Shown piece after piece: positions 17,810 through 28,502 of a stretch of DNA of 64,000 nt. The position numbers were made by a program, and so were the translations under genes. The stretch is from Alphaproteobacteria bacterium (GTDB lineage Bacteria > Pseudomonadota > Alphaproteobacteria > Rickettsiales > SXRF01). The notes beneath the pieces are model-generated. The model saw nothing but the letters and a program-made list of their open reading frames with translations, did no database searches and was not told where the DNA came from. The stretch is taken from NCBI GenBank assembly GCA_033763775.1, contig JANRJW010000004.1, positions 8,755 through 72,754 on the forward strand, written 5' to 3'. How positions within the stretch are numbered: position 1 is the stretch's first letter; the number at the start of each line of letters is the position of its first letter.

Positions 17810-19624
17810 ATGCCCTTTACAACGCGGTGTGCCATGAAATCTGCAACGAAAATAACGACGCAGCAAGCTGACCATTCTGCCGCCGACCTTCTCGGTGCGG
17901 AGGCGATTGTGCGTGCGCTGGCGAATGAAGATGTGGATACGGTGTTTGGTTATCCCGGCGGCGCGGTGCTGCCGATTTATGACGCGCTCTTCAAGCAGAA
18001 CCATGTGCGCCATATTCTAGTGCGCCATGAGCAGGCGGCAACCCACGCCGCGGAGGGCTATGCGCGCTCCACTGGCAAGGTGGGGGTGGTGCTGGTGACG
18101 AGCGGCCCGGGCGCGACCAATGCGGTCACCGGACTCACCGATGCGATGCTGGACTCGATCCCGATGGTGTGCATTACCGGGCAGGTGCCCACGCACCTGA
18201 TTGGCTCGGATGCGTTTCAGGAAGCGGACACGACCGGCATTACACGCTCCTGCACGAAATATAATTATCTCGTGCGCTCGGCACCGGAATTGCCGGGTAT
18301 CATCCATGAAGCATTCCATGTCGCGCGTAGCGGCAGGCCGGGGCCGGTGGTGATTGATATTCCCAAAAATATCATGAACCAGAAGCTGGTTTATCACGGC
18401 AAGCCGGAGACGGTGCGCGCCTCTTACAATCCGCAGGTGAGGGGCGATGAGGCGCAGATCGACAAGGCGATTCAGCTGATGGCCACCGCCCGCAGACCGA
18501 TTTTTTATGTCGGCGGCGGCGTGATTAACTCAGGCCTTGATGCCTGCGCGAAGCTGACCGAATTTGTGCGCATGACCGGCTTTCCCTGCACCAACACGCT
18601 GATGGGGCTTGGCGCATTCCCGGGCAATGATCCTCAATTTGTCGGCATGCTCGGCATGCATGGCAGCTTGGAAGCCAATATGTGCATGGCCGAGTGCGAC
18701 GTGATGATCAATATCGGCGCGCGGTTTGATGACCGTGTGACTGGCAGGCTGGATGCGTTTTCGCAGAAATCCAAAAAAATCCATGTCGATATCGACCCCA
18801 GCTCGATCAACAAAAACGTACGCGTGCATGTGCCGATTGTGGGCGATGCGGGGGTGGTGATCGAGCAGATGATGGCGGCGTGGAAAGCTCGCAGCGCAAA
18901 ACCAGACAAGGCGGCGCTGGAGCAGTGGTGGCAGAAAATCGAAGGCTGGCGCGCGAAGAAAAGTTTTTCTTACGATCAGGGAAGTGAAATCATTAAACCG
19001 CAGCACGCGCTGGCACGCCTTCAGGCGCTGACGAAAGCGCGCTCGCCTTACATCACCACCGATGTCGGCCAGCACCAGATGTGGGCGGCGCAATATTTGA
19101 TTTATGAAAAGCCCTATAAATGGATGACGAGCGGTGGCCTGGGGACGATGGGTTACGGCCTGCCATCAGCGATGGGCGTGCAGATCGCGCATCCGGACGA
19201 GCTGGTGGTGTGTGTCACCGGCGAGGCGAGCTTCATGATGAATATTCAGGAGCTGTCGACCATCACCCAGTACCGCCTGCCGGTCAAAATTTTTATCCTG
19301 AATAATCACTGCATGGGCATGGTGCGCCAGTGGCAGCAGATGTTCCATGGCTGCCGCTACAGCGAATCTTACATGGATTCGCTGCCGGATTTCGTGAAAC
19401 TTGCTGAAGCCTATGGCATGAAGGGGCTGCGCTGCGAAAAGATCGAGCAGCTCGATAGTACCATTGAGCAGATGCTCGCTACTCCTGGCCCGGTGCTATG
19501 CGACATCATCGTTGACCCGGAAGAAAACGTCTACCCGATGATTCCCGCAGGTGCGGCGCATTACGAGCTGCTGCTGCGCCCTGAAGATAATAAAGGCGAG
19601 ATTAAGACGGGGGATCTTTTATGA
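17810..19624 (+). CDS. ilvB: acetolactate synthase large subunit
   Basis: 604 aa. FGYPGGAVLPIYDA, ThDP motif GLGTMGYGLPSAMG. Alternative ATG at 17834. Confidence 0.95.
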   Translation: MPFTTRCAMKSATKITTQQADHSAADLLGAEAIVRALANEDVDTVFGYPGGAVLPIYDALFKQNHVRHILVRHEQAATHAAEGYARSTGKVGVVLVTSGPGATNAVTGLTDAMLDSIPMVCITGQVPTHLIGSDAFQEADTTGITRSCTKYNYLVRSAPELPGIIHEAFHVARSGRPGPVVIDIPKNIMNQKLVYHGKPETVRASYNPQVRGDEAQIDKAIQLMATARRPIFYVGGGVINSGLDACAKLTEFVRMTGFPCTNTLMGLGAFPGNDPQFVGMLGMHGSLEANMCMAECDVMINIGARFDDRVTGRLDAFSQKSKKIHVDIDPSSINKNVRVHVPIVGDAGVVIEQMMAAWKARSAKPDKAALEQWWQKIEGWRAKKSFSYDQGSEIIKPQHALARLQALTKARSPYITTDVGQHQMWAAQYLIYEKPYKWMTSGGLGTMGYGLPSAMGVQIAHPDELVVCVTGEASFMMNIQELSTITQYRLPVKIFILNNHCMGMVRQWQQMFHGCRYSESYMDSLPDFVKLAEAYGMKGLRCEKIEQLDSTIEQMLATPGPVLCDIIVDPEENVYPMIPAGAAHYELLLRPEDNKGEIKTGDLL

Positions 19625-19626
19625 GT

Positions 19627-19679
19627 GTCACCCCGTCGAATGACGGGGTCCGGATGCCGTCATAAAGACGGCATGACAG
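19627..19679 (+). repeat. double-hairpin repeat, copy A (gtcaccccgtcgaatgacggggtccggatgccgtcataaagacggcatgacag)
   Basis: Two 8-bp stems. The 3' 31 nt are identical to copy C at 20720-20773. Confidence 0.85.
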
Positions 19680-19688
19680 AGTAGGTGT

Positions 19689-20000
19689 ATGACCAAACAA
19701 TACTACGTCTATATCCTGGCCAAGGCGCGAAATAGTACGTTTTATATTGGTGTGACGAATGATTTAATACGTAGAGTTTATGAGCATAAGCACGGTTTGG
19801 CTGATGGATTTACTAAAAAGTATGGTATCAAAATGCTGGTATATTATGAAATGTGCGATGATGTGAATGCGGCCATATGGCGGGAAAAACTGATCAAGAA
19901 ATGGCGCAGAGAAATAAAAATGGAAGCGATTGAACGCATGAATCCGCAGTGGAAGGATTTGTATGTTGATTTAGTAGGTCATACCATGCCGCCTTCATGA
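19689..20000 (+). CDS. GIY-YIG nuclease family protein (UPF0213/YhbQ-like)
   Basis: 103 aa. YYVYILAKARNSTFYIGVTNDLIRRVYEH carries the GIY-YIG motif pair. AT-rich. Confidence 0.85.
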   Translation: MTKQYYVYILAKARNSTFYIGVTNDLIRRVYEHKHGLADGFTKKYGIKMLVYYEMCDDVNAAIWREKLIKKWRREIKMEAIERMNPQWKDLYVDLVGHTMPPS

Positions 20001-20050
20001 CGGCATCCGGGTATCATCAAAACCAGACCTCGTCATGAAGACGGGGTGAC
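19985..20050 (-). repeat. double-hairpin repeat, inverted degenerate copy B
   Basis: The reverse complement reads gtcaccccgtcttcatgacgaggtctggttttgatgatacccggatgccgtcatgaaggcggcatg. It overlaps the GIY-YIG stop codon. Confidence 0.7.
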
Positions 20051-20057
20051 AAGTAAG

Positions 20058-20081
20058 ATCAAGACGGGGGATTTGTTGTGA
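20058..20081 (+). repeat. duplicated relic of the ilvB 3' terminus
   Basis: atcaagacgggggatttgttgtga versus ilvB 19601-19624 attaagacgggggatcttttatga. 20 of 24 nt are identical and both encode IKTGDLL-stop. Confidence 0.75.
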
Positions 20082-20088
20082 AAAGGGA

Positions 20089-20697
20089 ATGGTTCAAATG
20101 ACGAATTGGAGAAATGAGACCGATTTGGAAAAAGCCAAAATCGCTGTTCTTACTTTTATCAGAGCCTACGAAAGTTTAAGACGGGATGACGGTTCCTATC
20201 TTCATGACGCAAGCAATTGGCGGGACGCCGCGTCTCGCACAGAGATTCTCAACGCCCTAAGCGCACATGGAATTTCCATTGGGGGTTTTATTGAGCAATC
20301 GGAGGATCAAACGCTGGATCAAATTAACAAGCTGCAATACGGTCAACCCAATCCATACCCAACAGATAAAGCGCTAGCGCAAAAAGCACTTGATGAGCTA
20401 GTAAAAGAAGGGCTTGTGGAAATAAAAAATCTAGTTGGGGGTAATAGAAAGAACATTACTCCGGCAAAATATCGTGTTACCGAAAAGGGAAAGAAATTTG
20501 AGCTTCCATCTGTAAATATTGGTGGGACGCAAGTACAATATAATACCAAACCCGTACAAGAGGATGTGAGTCAAGCATCAGGCGTTTCATCTGGGGTGCG
20601 TGACAAGTGGACAGGTATCATGAGTAGTGTTCGCATTCATTTACCCAATGACGGCGTTACGCTTAAACCCAAGAAAGGCGGCTGGGAGATCGAATGA
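20089..20697 (+). CDS. hypothetical protein with probable winged-helix segment
   Basis: 202 aa, AT-rich. ALDELVKEGLVEIKNLVGGNRKNITPAKYRVTEKGKKF resembles a wHTH. Confidence 0.5.
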   Translation: MVQMTNWRNETDLEKAKIAVLTFIRAYESLRRDDGSYLHDASNWRDAASRTEILNALSAHGISIGGFIEQSEDQTLDQINKLQYGQPNPYPTDKALAQKALDELVKEGLVEIKNLVGGNRKNITPAKYRVTEKGKKFELPSVNIGGTQVQYNTKPVQEDVSQASGVSSGVRDKWTGIMSSVRIHLPNDGVTLKPKKGGWEIE

Positions 20698-20719
20698 CCC
20701 TCGCCCCCCTATATCAATT

Positions 20720-20773
20720 GTCACCCCGTGCTTGTCACGGGGTCCGGATGCCGTCATAAAGACGGCATGACAG
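20720..20773 (+). repeat. double-hairpin repeat, copy C
   Basis: gtcaccccgtgcttgtcacggggtccggatgccgtcataaagacggcatgacag. The first stem carries compensatory changes relative to copy A. It ends 10 nt before the ilvN ATG. Confidence 0.85.
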
Positions 20774-20783
20774 GACAACCTAT

Positions 20784-21332
20784 ATGACCACCGAAACCCT
20801 CGATATCGTCTATGACATCCCGAAAATCACCGACAAGCCGTCGCGCCATACGCTCGCGGTGCTGGTGGATAACGAGTTTGGCGTGCTGGCGCGGGTGATT
20901 GGTTTGTTCTCTGGGCGCGGCTACAACATCGAGTCGCTCACGGTGGCCGAGGTGGAGCATGAGAAAAAACTCTCGCGCATCACCATCGTAACTTCCGGTA
21001 CTGAGCATGTGATTGAGCAGATCAAAAAGCTGCTTGAGCGCATGGTGCCGGTGCATAAGGTGCATGATTTAACCGTGGAAGGCGCGCATGTGGAGCGCGA
21101 GCTGGCGCTGCTGAAAGTGGTGTCGAAGGCAGAAAACCGGCAGGCGGCACTGAAAACCGCTGATATGTTCCGTGCGAAAGTGATTGATTCGACCCCGGAA
21201 TCATTTGTGTTTGAAATAACCGGCGAGGCACGCACCATCGACGAACTGATTGCCATGATGCAGCCGCTTGGGTTGACCGAAATCTGCAGAACGGGTATTG
21301 CTGCGGTTTCGCGCGGAAAACAAGGTATTTAG
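20784..21332 (+). CDS. ilvN: acetolactate synthase small (regulatory) subunit
   Basis: 182 aa. ACT domain start HTLAVLVDNEFGVLARVIGLFSGRGYNIESL. Confidence 0.95.
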   Translation: MTTETLDIVYDIPKITDKPSRHTLAVLVDNEFGVLARVIGLFSGRGYNIESLTVAEVEHEKKLSRITIVTSGTEHVIEQIKKLLERMVPVHKVHDLTVEGAHVERELALLKVVSKAENRQAALKTADMFRAKVIDSTPESFVFEITGEARTIDELIAMMQPLGLTEICRTGIAAVSRGKQGI

Positions 21333-22364
<1,032 letters not shown>

Positions 22365-22367
22365 ATT

Positions 22368-22435
22368 AGCCCCGCCGAATGGCGGGGTCTGGTATATTAT
22401 AAGCGGGGACCGGACCCCGCAATAAATGCGGGGCC
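22368..22435. repeat. CCCCGCC-hairpin inverted pair (compact copy)
   Basis: agccccgccgaatggcggggtctggtat followed by accggaccccgcaataaatgcggggcc. The central ccccgc can pair with gcgggg on either side. Fills the ilvC-leuA spacer. Confidence 0.8.
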
Positions 22436-22438
22436 AAC

Positions 22439-23977
22439 ATGACCAAAGACAAAATCATCATTTTTGATACCACACTGCGCGATGGCGAGCAGTCGCCCGG
22501 CATGTCGATGAATTTGGACGAAAAGCTCATGGTGGCGGAAGCGCTGGATGCGATGGGCGTCGATGTGATTGAGGCTGGGTTTGCCATGGCGTCGCAGGGT
22601 GATTTTGAATCGGTGCGCGAGATTGCACGCCGAATTAAAAATGCTGCTGTGTGCTCGCTGGCGCGTGCCAAGGCGGCCGATATTGAACGCGCTGCAGAAG
22701 CGCTGAAAGGCGCGCGGCAGCCGCGTATTCACACTTTTATTTCCACCAGCGATATTCACCTGAAATACCAGTTCCGTCTTTCCAAAGAGCAGGTGCTTGA
22801 GATTATCCGCGAGACGGTGACACTCGCGCGCAGCTTTACGGAGAATGTCGAATGGTCGGCGATGGATGCGACGCGCAGCGATAAGGATTATCTCTGCAAA
22901 GCTGTGGAAACAGCAATCAAAGCCGGAGCGACGACGGTCAACATCCCCGACACCGTGGGCTATGCCACGCCGGATGACTACGGCGCGCTCATTAGCTACC
23001 TCAAAAATAATGTACCGAACATCGATAAGGCGATTATCTCCACCCACTGCCAGAACGATCTGGGGCTTGCCACTGCCAACAGCCTCGCCGCTGTTCGTGC
23101 GGGCGCAAGGCAGGTGGAGTGCACCATCAATGGCATTGGCGAGCGCGCCGGCAACACCGCGCTGGAAGAGGTGGTGATGGCGATTAAAACACGCGCTGAT
23201 ATGTACCCCTACCAGACGAATATCGACGCCACGCACATCACCAAGCTTTCGCGCCTCGTGCAGAGCATCACCGGGGCGATGGTACAGGTGAATAAAGCGA
23301 TTGTCGGTGCGAATGCCTTTGCCCATGAATCGGGCATTCATCAGGATGGCATGCTCAAGCACGCCGGCACCTATGAGATCATGACGCCGGAATCAGTTGG
23401 GCTTGCAAAGTCGAATCTCGTGCTTGGCAAACATTCTGGCCGCGCCGCCTTTCGCGATAAGCTCAACGATCTATCGATTGAAGTAGGTGAGAATGCGTTT
23501 GAAGATGCGTTTCACCGCTTCAAGGATCTCGCGGACAAAAAGAAAGATGTGTATGACGAAGATATCATTGCGCTGCTCGATGCCGAATCGCGCCGCGATG
23601 ATGCGATTCAGCTGGAATCACTTCATATCACCTGCGGAACGATTGGCCCGCAGACCGCGATGCTCTGCCTGCGCGTGAATGGCGAGATTCGCCGTGCAAC
23701 AGTGGAAGGCAACGGCCCGCTGGATGCCACCTTTAACGCGATTGGCGCGCTGGTGCCACACCGCGCAACACTTAAGCTATATCAGGTGAATGCCGTGACC
23801 CAGGGGATCGACGCGCAGGCGGAAGTGACCGTACGACTGGAAACACCGGAAGGTCGTATCATCAATGGCCATGGCTCGAGCATTGACACCATGGTGGCTT
23901 CGGCGATGGCCTATGTGAATGCGCTGTGTAAACTGCAGATGATTCAGGAACGTCAGGCTCTGCTGCCGGCGGCCTAA
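22439..23977 (+). CDS. leuA: 2-isopropylmalate synthase
   Basis: 512 aa. [25 protein letters not shown]-like [13 protein letters not shown]-terminal LeuA dimerisation/regulatory domain. Confidence 0.97.
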   Translation: MTKDKIIIFDTTLRDGEQSPGMSMNLDEKLMVAEALDAMGVDVIEAGFAMASQGDFESVREIARRIKNAAVCSLARAKAADIERAAEALKGARQPRIHTFISTSDIHLKYQFRLSKEQVLEIIRETVTLARSFTENVEWSAMDATRSDKDYLCKAVETAIKAGATTVNIPDTVGYATPDDYGALISYLKNNVPNIDKAIISTHCQNDLGLATANSLAAVRAGARQVECTINGIGERAGNTALEEVVMAIKTRADMYPYQTNIDATHITKLSRLVQSITGAMVQVNKAIVGANAFAHESGIHQDGMLKHAGTYEIMTPESVGLAKSNLVLGKHSGRAAFRDKLNDLSIEVGENAFEDAFHRFKDLADKKKDVYDEDIIALLDAESRRDDAIQLESLHITCGTIGPQTAMLCLRVNGEIRRATVEGNGPLDATFNAIGALVPHRATLKLYQVNAVTQGIDAQAEVTVRLETPEGRIINGHGSSIDTMVASAMAYVNALCKLQMIQERQALLPAA

Positions 23978-23978
23978 T

Positions 23979-25847
23979 ATGGTAGAGAAGCTGAAACAGC
24001 TTTTCTCGGTTGACCTGCGCTCGCTGGCGCTGTTTCGCGTGATGCTGGCGCTATCCATCCTGCTGAACCTCGCCATTTTATTGCCTGATCTTTCGGTGTT
24101 CCTCAGCGATAGCGGGCTTTATCCCCGCCGCACTGCGATGGGCTCGTCTTATGGCTGGTCGCTTTATTTTATTCATGGCAGCAGTTGGTTTGCACTCCTA
24201 CTTATGCTGTTAAACAGCCTTGCCGCATTGCTGTTACTGGTGGGGTATCGCACACGCTGGATGACCACTCTCTGCTGGGTGTTTGCGATGTCGCTTGATA
24301 GCCGTATTTTTAGCCTTACCAGCGGTGCGGATACGTATCTTCGCCTTCTACTTTTCTGGGCGATGTTTTTACCGCTGGGCGCGCGCTATTCGGTGGATGA
24401 GGCGATGAATAAAGCGCCTGCGCCAGCTGCACCTTATTTTTCATGGGCGGTGGTGGGGGTGCAGGTGCAGGTGGCCAGCCTTTACCTGTTTAGTGCGCTG
24501 CTTAAAACCGGTAGCCACTGGCGTGAAACCTATGATGCGGTATTTTATGCGCTTAACTCTCCGGAGATCACCACGCCGCTGGCTGCCTACATCGCTTCCT
24601 ACAGCGATCTGCTGCGTGGTCTGACATTGTATGTGTATCATCTTGAGCTGGTTGCAGTGCTTTTTCTTTTTGCGCCCGTCTTCACGTCGCAGGCACGATT
24701 GCTGATCGTTTGCCTGCTAGCGCTGATGCATATTGGCTTTGCACTGTTTCTTTCGATTGGATTTTTCCCGCTCGTTTGCATCGCTGGTCTTATGGTATTT
24801 CTGCCCTCCCTTTTCTGGGACAGGTTGCCGCCAGAGCGCCGCCAGCGCATTCGCATCTATTATGATGAGGGGTGTGGTTTCTGCCGTAAAATCTGCCTGA
24901 TATTCCGCGCACTCGGCATGCCGCCAGCCACGGAAGTGCTGCCAGCGCAGCAAACTGCCGAGATACGAGAGATATTGGAACGGGAAAATAGCTGGGTGGT
25001 GGAAGATGAAAAGGGTAGGCTGCTGCTGCGCTGGGAAGCGGTGGCATGGTGCTGGCGGCGCTCGGCGATATTATGGCCGCTGGGTGTGTTGTTTGCCATT
25101 CCGCCAATGAATATACTGGGCGAGAAACTTTACCGTTTTATTGCTACGCATCGCGGTGATTTTGGAATACTTAGCGCAAAGCTCTTGCCTGAAAAGGATT
25201 ATGATTCCGCAGCGCCGCTGCCCGTTGCAGTCAGTTATCTAATGGCGGCGCTTGTGATGGTGGTGGTGGCGTGGAATATCGCAACATTAAAGGGAAAACC
25301 ACAAGCTATTTTCCCATCATTGATTTCGGACACGGTGCAGCTGTTGGGATTGCGGCAGAAAATGGGTTTTTTTGCGCCGCAGCCAATCAGTCGATCGCGC
25401 TGGGTGGTTCTTGAAGGCACATTGGCAGATAGCAGTAAGATTGATTTGCTGTTTCGTAAGAATCAGCCGCCACAGCATGGTGTGCCGCTGCATGGTTTTC
25501 AGGCTAAACCCGGCTATCGCTGGCGTAAATTTTTTTCCGCCACGGATATACACAGGCAGCGCCTGCTGCTCGGCCGTGCGCTATGCCGTGATTACGCGGC
25601 ATGGAAAAGTCCAGATATGGCGCCCCTTCAGAGCGTCGATCTGCTGATGTATCGCCAGACAACCCCCGCACCGAATGCGACAGCAGAGCTTGTCGAGCGC
25701 TTGTGGCATATTCGCTATGATTGCGCAGCACGAAGCGCCAGAATTCTGACATCGCCGCCAAAAAAAGCAGAAAAGACCACCCAAACGGTGAGTGATCTTG
25801 ACGCGTATCTCGATACTGTGCTTCGCGAGCCAGGCGCGGATCAGTAA
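23979..25847 (+). CDS. HTTM-domain membrane protein fused to a DCC-type (DUF393) thiol-disulfide oxidoreductase-like segment
   Basis: 622 aa. FSVDLRSLALFRVMLALSILL is the HTTM start. Multiple TM segments follow, then YYDEGCGFCRKIC (the YDGxCxxC pattern of the DCC family), then a ~220-aa C-terminal region. Confidence 0.65.
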   Translation: MVEKLKQLFSVDLRSLALFRVMLALSILLNLAILLPDLSVFLSDSGLYPRRTAMGSSYGWSLYFIHGSSWFALLLMLLNSLAALLLLVGYRTRWMTTLCWVFAMSLDSRIFSLTSGADTYLRLLLFWAMFLPLGARYSVDEAMNKAPAPAAPYFSWAVVGVQVQVASLYLFSALLKTGSHWRETYDAVFYALNSPEITTPLAAYIASYSDLLRGLTLYVYHLELVAVLFLFAPVFTSQARLLIVCLLALMHIGFALFLSIGFFPLVCIAGLMVFLPSLFWDRLPPERRQRIRIYYDEGCGFCRKICLIFRALGMPPATEVLPAQQTAEIREILERENSWVVEDEKGRLLLRWEAVAWCWRRSAILWPLGVLFAIPPMNILGEKLYRFIATHRGDFGILSAKLLPEKDYDSAAPLPVAVSYLMAALVMVVVAWNIATLKGKPQAIFPSLISDTVQLLGLRQKMGFFAPQPISRSRWVVLEGTLADSSKIDLLFRKNQPPQHGVPLHGFQAKPGYRWRKFFSATDIHRQRLLLGRALCRDYAAWKSPDMAPLQSVDLLMYRQTTPAPNATAELVERLWHIRYDCAARSARILTSPPKKAEKTTQTVSDLDAYLDTVLREPGADQ

Positions 25848-25882
25848 TCTGTTGCCTTATTTTGAGGCCGCGCTACAAGTAG

Positions 25883-26956
<1,074 letters not shown>

Positions 26957-27023
26957 TATCGCTTCGGCAAAAAATCTTTTTTACAGGCAGCAGAGAACGC
27001 TCTTGGCAGCTGATGCCATATTA

Positions 27024-27039
27024 TTAAAATTTCCTTAAC
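27024..27039 (+). promoter_or_regulatory. CtrA-type box TTAA-N7-TTAAC in the mreB-mreC spacer
   Basis: ttaaaatttccttaac, an exact match to the TTAA-N7-TTAAC half-site arrangement, inside an AT-rich 164-nt spacer. Confidence 0.35.
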
Positions 27040-27120
27040 ATGAATGATAAAAATAATCGCGTGAAGATTTCCTGCTTGCGCGTTGTTTGTGAAAGAGTAA
27101 CAATTAAAATGTAATTTATT

Positions 27121-27957
27121 TTGTCTATGGCAGTGAAACGACCACAATCCCTTCGCATTGCGCCGCCCTCCTTGCGGCAGTGGGCATCGCGCGCAAGCCT
27201 CGCGCTGATGATCGCTGCCTCGGCGATGTTGCTGGTCATGAGTAGAACGGAAAATTCGGCGGCTACTAAGCTGCGTACCAGTATCAGCGATGCGCTGGCA
27301 CCGGTTCTGGCGGTGGCAGCCAGCCCTATGGATGCTGTTTCGGCAGCGGGTCAGTCGCTGGCAGGGATGGTGAATCTGTACCACGAAAATATTGCGCTTA
27401 AGAATCAGAACATCGAACTGCTCAAATGGCAGGCGATGGCTAAAGATATGCAGCAGGAAAACGAATCGCTTCGTCGGCTGCTGAATGTTGTGCCCCAACC
27501 TGGCCGCAGCTATGTTTCTGCCCGCGTTGTGGCGGATGCTTCCGGCCCTTATGCGAATGCGGTATTGATTCAAAGTGCGGACACACTGACAGTGGAAAAA
27601 GATCAGGCGGTGATTAATGATCGTGGCTTAGTTGGTCGAGTGGTGGATGTAGGAACAAAAACCGCGCGCGTGCTGCTGCTCACCGACATTAATTCGCGTG
27701 TGCCGGTGGTGCTGGAGCGTACCCGTGAAAAGGCTATGCTTGCCGGTAGTAATGATGGTCTGCCCTCGCTGCTTTACCTCGCGGTGAATACACAAGTGGC
27801 TCTGGGTGATCGGCTGGTGACCTCTGGTGATGGCGGCGTATTTCCACCGGGTGTGCCGGTGGGTGTGGTGAGTGCCAATGACAATGGCATATTTAAGATC
27901 GAGCCGTTTGTTCGGGCATCGCAGCTTGAATATGTCAGTGTTGTGACGACCCAATAG
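27121..27957 (+). CDS. mreC: rod shape-determining protein MreC
   Basis: 278 aa. Coiled-coil N-terminus and GLVGRVVDV, TSGDGGVFPPGVPVG motifs. The track start is TTG; there is an ATG at 27127. Confidence 0.9.
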   Translation: MSMAVKRPQSLRIAPPSLRQWASRASLALMIAASAMLLVMSRTENSAATKLRTSISDALAPVLAVAASPMDAVSAAGQSLAGMVNLYHENIALKNQNIELLKWQAMAKDMQQENESLRRLLNVVPQPGRSYVSARVVADASGPYANAVLIQSADTLTVEKDQAVINDRGLVGRVVDVGTKTARVLLLTDINSRVPVVLERTREKAMLAGSNDGLPSLLYLAVNTQVALGDRLVTSGDGGVFPPGVPVGVVSANDNGIFKIEPFVRASQLEYVSVVTTQ

Positions 27958-27962
27958 TTTCC

Positions 27963-28499
27963 ATGATTACTGATCGTTTCAAGCAGATCTGGCTGCTGGT
28001 TCTGGCAGCGGTTCCGGGTATGCTCTTATTGCTTGCTATCATTCTCACCATGGCACCCAAGCATGTGGAGGGGCTCTCGCGTTTCATGCCACTACTTTAT
28101 CTGCCGGTGGTTTATTATTGGGGCATGCATCATGCACGCCACATGCCGTATTGGTTGGTTTTTGCCGCTGGATTGGTGGTCGATGCGCTGGGGGGGCAGC
28201 CCATGGGGCTTCATGCCTTGCTGCTGCTGGGATTCCTGATGGCGGTGCATCGCCAGCACCGCACGGTTCATAAAGAAGGATTTGTGCTACAGTGGGCGAT
28301 GTTTGCTGCCCTCATATTGGGGCTGGCCTGCTGCCAGTGGGTGCTGATGATGCTTTATTATCAGGCCTATGTCAGCCCTGCTTCTGGTGTGATGCAGTGG
28401 TTGCTCACGGTGTGTCTCTATCCGCTGTTGCATCAGCTCTTTGATGGCATGAACCACGTGCTGCAACATCGGCGCTATCTCTTGCTGCATGGCAGGTAG
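27963..28499 (+). CDS. mreD: rod shape-determining protein MreD
   Basis: 178 aa polytopic membrane protein in the mreBCD position. Confidence 0.75.
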   Translation: MITDRFKQIWLLVLAAVPGMLLLLAIILTMAPKHVEGLSRFMPLLYLPVVYYWGMHHARHMPYWLVFAAGLVVDALGGQPMGLHALLLLGFLMAVHRQHRTVHKEGFVLQWAMFAALILGLACCQWVLMMLYYQAYVSPASGVMQWLLTVCLYPLLHQLFDGMNHVLQHRRYLLLHGR

Positions 28500-28502
28500 T
28501 CG

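Larger units (their letters stand above)
19625..20057 (+). mobile_element. GIY-YIG cassette bounded by inverted double-hairpin repeats, inserted at the 3' end of ilvB
   Basis: Left repeat 19627-19679, GIY-YIG ORF, inverted degenerate repeat 19985-20050, followed at 20058-20081 by a second copy of the ilvB terminus. Confidence 0.55.

Noticed and set aside
19627-20773. The possibility that the repeated hairpin sequences form a CRISPR array.
   Set aside because: There are only two direct copies plus one inverted degenerate copy, with protein-coding genes between them instead of short uniform spacers. No cas genes are present.
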